Source: Macrostomum lignano
Lineage: Eukaryota
Assembly (NCBI GenBank): GCA_002269645.1
Contig: NIVC01000991.1
Span: forward strand, 1 to 64,000
Length of the DNA stretch: 64,000 nucleotides
Reading direction: 5' to 3'
The position numbers were made by a program, and so were the translations under genes. The notes beneath the pieces were generated by a model. That model was given only the letters and a program-made list of their open reading frames with translations. It was not told where the DNA came from and did not search any database. Below are positions 57,693-64,000 of this stretch, piece after piece. Within the stretch, counting starts at the first letter, position 1, and each line of letters opens with the position of its first letter.

Positions 57693-58970
57693 TTAGGCTC
57701 CTTGGCCGATCCCGGTCAGATCCGATCTCTGCAACAGCCGCAGATACCGACGCCAAAAGCCTCGCATCCGCCTTGGCGACAGGTCAGTCGCTGACATGAC
57801 CAAACCGCGCAGGAAAGCCTCCGGATTAAGGCTGCCCGCGTGATTGAAGTACTGACAGGCGAAACCAGAGTTCTCCGGGGCCAGGTGCAACCCCAGTGCA
57901 GCCGGGAGCACCCCTGTGACGAAGGCGTCCTCAACTGGCAGCAAAGGAAACAGCTCAGCAGCGGCGACCAGCTTGCAAGCATCCACGCGCAGCACGTAAG
58001 CGCCGCCGAACATGTAATCTGGAAACCTGGACATCGGATAGTCCTCCTTGGACACGAGCCAGCGACCGACACGGCGAACAATGGGAGCTCGGTACAGGTA
58101 ACCAGCGACGTATTCCAGGCCTGGAAACCTACCGGAGTTCTTATCCAACCATCGAGTCCGCAGTGCTGGCAGGTTCAACACGGAATCATCGTCAACTTTT
58201 GCGACCATCTCGACGCCCGGACACAGTTGGCAGGCGAACTTCAGAGCCGAAAGAATTTTCAGCGTCAAATGGCGATAAGTGTCGACAAACTGCGGCACCA
58301 GAACGATGTCGCCGAATGAGTAAATCTCGTTGGCTAACGATTGAGACATCGTTGAGTTGGAACCATCTGCTGCGAGGAAGAACACCACTCGAGCTCCGGC
58401 TGAGTCCGCCTCAGAGGCCCAGGTCTGACGGATGGCCTCTCGCCTATCCACCGCTTGTTTGGTTGTCATGACAACAACAAGGATCCTGTCAATGCCTGGA
58501 CGACACGATCGTTTTCCAGCTCGGCCTAGAAAACTAAATCGAAGTTTTTGACGATTCTCTCTACGTATTTTTGCCTCAACTGATTCCGAATCCGACTGTG
58601 ACAAATGGATTCGCCTTGCAATGTTGAAGTAGGCAGTGGAAGCCTCGGTTTCGTTTGCAGTTGATAAAATTGGAAGCTGAGCAACCTGGAACCCCGAAGC
58701 GTTCAATGCATCTTCGTTATAGTTGGTAATGAACTTGGCAACGTCGGGTTTGTCGTACGGTTGCTGGCGAAACAACTGCCTGGCTGGCGGGTGACGCGGA
58801 GGGGAATCCAGCGGTCCCATGCTCAGCTGAGAACGCTCAGAGTGTTGCTGCTGCTGTTGTTGTTGAACTGATGGCGACTGCAGAGGTTGCGCGGATAGCG
58901 ACAGGCCTAGTAGTCGCCACAGGAGGCACACGCTGGCTAAGCAGTATGCAGCAATTGCAAACAGTCGGAT
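57693..58970 (-). CDS. b3galt: GT31 beta-1,3-galactosyl/GlcNAc-transferase, main exon
   Basis: RREAIRQTWA, DIVL..FVDTYRHLTLK, KVDDD (DxD), YP...FPDYMFGGAYVL, PVEDAFVTG; TTTCAG acceptor at 58971 gives a TM anchor. Symbol is family-level. Confidence 0.93.
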   Translation of the reverse strand: MRLFAIAAYCLASVCLLWRLLGLSLSAQPLQSPSVQQQQQQQHSERSQLSMGPLDSPPRHPPARQLFRQQPYDKPDVAKFITNYNEDALNASGFQVAQLPILSTANETEASTAYFNIARRIHLSQSDSESVEAKIRRENRQKLRFSFLGRAGKRSCRPGIDRILVVVMTTKQAVDRREAIRQTWASEADSAGARVVFFLAADGSNSTMSQSLANEIYSFGDIVLVPQFVDTYRHLTLKILSALKFACQLCPGVEMVAKVDDDSVLNLPALRTRWLDKNSGRFPGLEYVAGYLYRAPIVRRVGRWLVSKEDYPMSRFPDYMFGGAYVLRVDACKLVAAAELFPLLPVEDAFVTGVLPAALGLHLAPENSGFACQYFNHAGSLNPEAFLRGLVMSATDLSPRRMRGFWRRYLRLLQRSDLTGIGQGA

Positions 58971-59029
58971 CTGAAAAGTGATGGAGGAATAATGCTCTGG
59001 GCTCTGCCGAAATAAAATAAAATATTTGA

Positions 59030-59660
59030 GACAGGCGCCACTATGTGAGTCTATAGACGAGGCGCCACTATGTGAGTCTATAGATGAGGCGTCACTATGT
59101 GAGTCTATAGATGAGGCGCCACTATGTGAGTCTATAGATGAGACGCCACTATGTGAGTCTATAGATGAGGCGTCACTATGTGAGTCTATAGATGAGACGT
59201 CATTATGTGAGTCTATAGATAAGACGCCACTATGTGAGTCTATAGATGAGGCGTCACTATGTGATTCTATAGATGAGACGCCACCATGTGAGTCTATAGA
59301 TAAGACGCCACTATGTGAGTCTATAGATGAGACGTCACTATGTGAGTCTATAGATGAGGCGCCACTATATGAGTTTATAGATGAGACGTCACTATGTGAG
59401 TCTATAGATGAGGCGCCACTATGTGAGTCTATAGATGAGACGTCACTATGTGATTCTATAGATGAGACGCCACCATGTGAGTCTATAGATAAGACCCCAC
59501 TATGTGAGTCTATAGATGAGACGTCACTATGTGAGTCTATAGATGAGACGTCACTATGTGAGTCTATAGATGAGACGTCACTATGTGAGTCTATAGATGA
59601 GACGTCACTATGTGAGTCTATAGATGAGACGTCACTATGTGAGTCTATAGATGAGATGCC
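59030..59660. repeat. 27-bp minisatellite GAGTCTATAGATGAGGCGCCACTATGT, ~23 copies (intronic)
   Basis: Direct inspection; lies inside the predicted GT31 intron. Confidence 0.95.
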
Positions 59661-60077
59661 AGAGTCTATATTCTGATGTCTGATTATTTCAAGAATAGAG
59701 CTCGTTAAAGACTCTAGCTATTTTCTCTCCTAAAAATTTTTAGTCCAAGTTATAATTCGGCTGGGATCAATTAGTGAGCTACTGCTTGCTTGTGCACTGC
59801 ACCGATTGGCTTGCAGGATAAAATCCTGCTGGGGCAGATAGAGAGAAAATATGGCCAAATTAGATTTCTATAAATTTCTAGCTGGCTAAGTCTGACGCGT
59901 ATAACACTTCAATTCCTCTTAAATTCTATTCGCACTAATTGCTGCTCAATGTCTCTAAACTTTTTTGAAATATTCAGGATATCTGAAATTTCAATTTATG
60001 TGGCTAGAGAGGGAATTTAGTATGCTCTCTAGAGCAAGCATAGCTCTGAATGGGGTTCTGCCTCCAATCATTCATAC

Positions 60078-60122
60078 CCTCCTCCGGCGAGTGTCTGCTT
60101 CAACAAGCCGCTGAAGGTCCAT
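60078..60122 (-). CDS. b3galt: Predicted first coding exon of the GT31 gene (MDLQRLVEADTRRRR)
   Basis: ATG, 15 codons and a phase-0 GTATGA donor join in frame to IRLFAIAAYCLASVCLLW, giving a type II membrane topology. Confidence 0.65.
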
Positions 60123-60370
60123 CCCAGGCTATTTTGTATTGTTGCTTTTTTTCTGCTTTTTTTAAACAGAAGAAATGTATTGCGTATGTACGCTCGTACA
60201 AGCCTAGAAGCAAAGCATAGCAAAGCTACATAAAACTTTAGATGGAGGTTGAAACATCGAAGTTAGGTTTAACTATAGGCCATTTTTGGATTTCGCTGAA
60301 TCCCTCAATATTGTAACAGTTTAGGGACACAATGTTTAGAAACAATGTGCAGATGCACTGTTGTATAGCG

Positions 60371-61016
60371 GTGTATGTGACTGTGGTGTATGTGACACTG
60401 TGGTGTATGTGACACTGTGGTGTGTGTGACACTGTGGTGTATGTGACTGTGGTGTATGTGACACTGTGGTGTATGTGACACTGTGTTGTATGTGACACTG
60501 TGGTGTATGTGACTGTGGTGTATGTGACACTGTGGTGTATGTGACACTGTGGTGTATGTGACACTGTGGTGTATGTGACTGTGGTGTATGTGACACTGTG
60601 GTGTATGTGACACTGTGTTGTATGTGACACTGTGGTGTATGTGACTGTGGTGTATGTGACACTGTGGTGTATGTGACACTGTGGTGTATGTGACACTGTG
60701 GTGTATGTGAGACTGTGGTGTATGTGACATTGTGGTGTATGTGAGACTGTGTTGTATGTGACACTGTGGTGCATGTGACACTGTGGTGTATGTGACACTG
60801 TGGTGTATGTGACACTGTGGTGTATGTGACACTGTGGTGTATGTGACACTGTGGTGTATGTGACTGTGGTGTATGTGACTGTGGTGTATGTGACACTGTG
60901 GTGTATGTGACACTGTGGTGTATGTGACATTGTGGTGTATGTAAGACTGTGTTGTATGTGACACTGTGTTGTATGTGACACTGTGGTGTATGTGACACTG
61001 TGGTGTATGTGACACT
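60371..61016. repeat. 17-bp minisatellite TGTGGTGTATGTGACAC with a 15-bp variant
   Basis: Direct inspection. Confidence 0.95.
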
Positions 61017-61854
61017 AAGTTTTATGTCAAGCCATGATAAATAAGAAAAACTTACCGTTAATTTTGAACTGGCCATATTTTATTGAAAAAACGTGCAGAG
61101 AGTTAAAGCCTAAAAAATCGAACAGTGATTGTGTCTGTATAGAGAAAAAACCAAATAGTTTTTTAGCATCCGGAAACAAAATAGTTATCGCAGAGAGCAA
61201 GCGGAGAGGCTTTCCGCTCCAGTCGCTTCAAGTTTTATTTTGCCTTTTTTCTGACTGTGAATTGTTGGCTGGTCTGGTGGTTTTAGGGGGGGGGGTGATG
61301 GCTGCGTCACCGAAGTTTGCTGGAACCCTGCTCCCAGCCAGTCAGATGTGGGGAGCTGAGCCAATAGGGTGACTGGAGAGAGAGAGCGAAAGAGATGGAG
61401 ATGGAAGCAGGAAGGAAGCGGGATTCTGGGCAGGGAAACAGAACTGGAAAACCGAGATGGAGCGGCTAGGGGTGAGCAGTAGACAGACGCAGACTCAGGC
61501 TGGATGCTGTGAGGAAGAGAAGAGAGCAAAGAGGCGCGCGTGCAGAAGAGACAGGGTGTGTGTTGGAGGCTGGCTTCTCAACAACAAACGGGCGGATTAG
61601 AGAGAAAAGAGCAGAGGCGATGTTTTTGAGTGGGCAAGCAAATAATAGGATTTCCAGTTTGCTTTGGCGAAGGCCGAGTGTAGGTGACAACTGCAACTGG
61701 GGGAATGATTGAGGCGCGGCACAGGAAGCAGAGAGGGGGGTTGGGAAAAGAGAGAAAGGGATTAAGTACAAGGTGAGAGGGTTTGGGAGCAGTGGGAATG
61801 ACAGTGGGAAAGAATTTTGAGGAAATTTCTGAGCTGGTGAAAAAAGGAAGAGAG

Positions 61855-63100
61855 TGAAGAGAATGAGGGAGAGTGGGGAGAGTGAGGGAGAGTGAGGAGA
61901 GTGAGGAGAGTGAGGAGAGTGAGGAGAGTGAGGAGAGTGAGGAGAGTGAGGAGAGTGAGGAGAGTGAGGAGAGTGAGGAGAGTGAGGAGAGTGAGGAGAG
62001 TGGAGTGGGGGAGAATGAGGGAGAGTGGGGAGAGTGGGGGAGAGTGAGGAGAGTGAGGAGAGTGAGGAGAGTGGAGTGGGGGAGAATGAAGGAGAGTGGG
62101 GAGAGTGGGGGAGAGTGGGGAGAGTGGGGGAGAGTGAGGAGAGTGAGGAGAGTGAGGAGAGTGAGGAGAGTGAGGAGAGTGGGGGAGAGTGAGGAGAGTG
62201 AGTAGAGTGAGGAGAGTGGAGTGGGGGAGAATGAGGGAGAGTGGGGAGAGTGGGGGAGAGTGAGGAGAGTGAGGAGAGTGAGGAGAGTGGAGTGGGGGAG
62301 AATGAGGGAGAGTGGGGAGAGTGGGGGAGAGTGGGGAGAGTGGGGGAGAGTGAGGAGAGTGAGGAGAGTGAGGAGAGTGAGGAGAGTGAGGAGAGTGGGG
62401 GAGAGTGAGGAGAGTGAGTAGAGTGAGGAGAGTGGGGGAGAGTGAGGAGAGTGAGTAGAGTGAGGAGAGTGAGTAGAGTGAGGAGAGTGGAGGAGAGTGG
62501 AGGAGAGTGAGGAGAGTGAGGAGAGTGAGGAGAGTGAGGAGAGTGAGTAGAGTGAGGAGAGTGGAGAGAGTGGAGGAGAGTGAGGAGAGTGAGGAGAGTG
62601 AGGAGAGTGAGGAGAGTTAGGAGAGTGAGGAGAGTGAGGAGAGTGAGGAGAGTGGAGTGGGGGAGAATGAGGGAGAGTGGGGAGAGTGGGGGAGAGTGAG
62701 GAGAGTGAGGAGAATGAGGAGAGTGAGGAGAGTGAGGAGAGTGAGGAGAGTGAGGAGAGTGGAGGAGAGTGAGGAGAGTGGAGGAGAGTGAGGAGAGTGA
62801 GGAGAGTGAGGAGAGTGAGGAGAGTGAGGAGAGTGAGGAGAGTGGAGGAGAGTGTTGAGAGTGAGGAGAGTGGAGGAGAGTGTTGAGAGTGAGGAGAGTG
62901 AGGAGAGTGAGGAGAGTGGAGGAGAGTGTTGAGAGTGAGGAGAGTGAGGAGAGTGAGGAGAGTGAGGAGAGTGGAGGAGAGTGTTGAGAGTGAGAAGAGT
63001 GGAGGAGAGTGTTGAGAGTGAGGAGAGTGAGGAGAATAGAGGAGAGTGGAGGATAGTGGGAGAGAGGGAGAGACCGTGAGGGAGAGTGGAAGAGATTGAG
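61855..63100. repeat. Purine-rich 9-bp repeat (GAGGAGAGT)n with longer G-rich blocks
   Basis: Direct inspection. Confidence 0.95.
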
Positions 63101-63484
63101 GGTAGAGTGTCGGAGAGAGAGCTGCTTGTGGTGAGTCCTTTGACAAAGATAAGTCCAACGCCCCTTACAAATCCCACACACGGCCAGCCCCAGTCAGTCA
63201 AAGCATGCAAACAAAAATATAGTAAAAGAGTGATGAGAGACGGGACAGCTGTTTATTCCCCCCCCCCATCACCCATGGGTTGATTTTGCACACCCGGCAA
63301 TCCGCAGCCAACGCGAGTGTAGAAGAGGAAAGTTTTAACGATTCGGCGGAAGCAGCTTCCAGCATCAATCGTTTGGACTCTGACAGATGGAAGTGATGAG
63401 TCAGACTTGCTTGTATATGATGGAGTGCGTCTGTTTGCGTTTCACGACAGAGTTTTGCAGCTTTCCTGTCGGTGACATTTGTAT

Positions 63485-64000
63485 ATAGTGTATGTGATTG
63501 TAGTTTGGGATCATAGTGTATGGGATTGCAGTGTGGGATCATAGTGTATGGGATTGCAGTGTGGGATCATAGTGTATGGGATTGCAGTGTGGGATCATAG
63601 TGTATGGGATTGCAGTGTGGGATCATAGTGTGTGGGATTGCAGTGTGGGATCATAGTGTGTGGGATTGCAGTGTGGGATCATAGTGTGTGGGATTGCAGT
63701 GTGGGATCATAGTGTATGGGATTGCTGTGTGGGATCATAGTGTATGGGATTGCAGTGTGGGATCATAGTGTATGGTATTACAGTGTGGGATCATAGTGTA
63801 TGGGATTGCAGTGTGGGATCATAGTGTGTGGGATTGCAGTGTGGGATCATAGTGTATGGGATTGCAGTGTGGGATCATAGTGTATGGGATTGCAGTGTGG
63901 GATCATAGTGTGTGGTATTACAGTGTGGGATCATAGTGTGTGGGATTGCAGTGTGGGATCATAGTGTATGGTATTGCAGTGTGGGATCACAGTGTGTGTG
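63485..64000. repeat. 28-bp minisatellite GTGTGGGATCATAGTGTATGGGATTGCA, runs off the window
   Basis: Period 28 (63531, 63559...); internally a degenerate dimer. Confidence 0.95.

Noticed and set aside
59026-63210. ORFs in the 27-, 17- and 9-bp minisatellites
   Set aside because: Low-complexity translations in several frames at once; the 27-bp array lies in a predicted intron.

Overview
Eukaryotic (metazoan) genomic DNA. GC-rich coding exons with poly-Q/A/S runs, spliceosomal introns and dense minisatellites suggest an invertebrate such as a Macrostomum-type flatworm; this is inference only. Positions 1-27740 hold a ~3.86-kb tandem macrosatellite in which a young, ORF-intact ~9.5-kb Ty3/Gypsy LTR retrotransposon (minus strand) sits twice at the identical nucleotide, with an empty unit between the two copies. 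The element has gag, a -1 frameshifted pol (PR-RT-RH-IN), an unknown non-env third ORF, and a U5/PBS region built from three stacked 'LTR-terminus + tRNA primer-binding-site' modules, each matching a different tRNA 3' end. That PBS stack is the most unusual signal in the window. The second copy is a chimera with mismatched LTRs and flanks and marks the end of the array. Positions 27.7-48.6 kb contain two long hairpins, an intron-containing Crypton-type tyrosine recombinase with intact catalytic residues, a dead mariner, an SLC22 transporter, a Myt1-type C2HC zinc-finger gene, a dead piggyBac, a candidate membrane micropeptide and a SINE-like element. Positions 48.6-64 kb contain a 6.7-kb 21-bp satellite, five more minisatellites and a two-exon GT31 beta-1,3-glycosyltransferase gene. 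All calls come from reading motifs by eye; no database searches were run.
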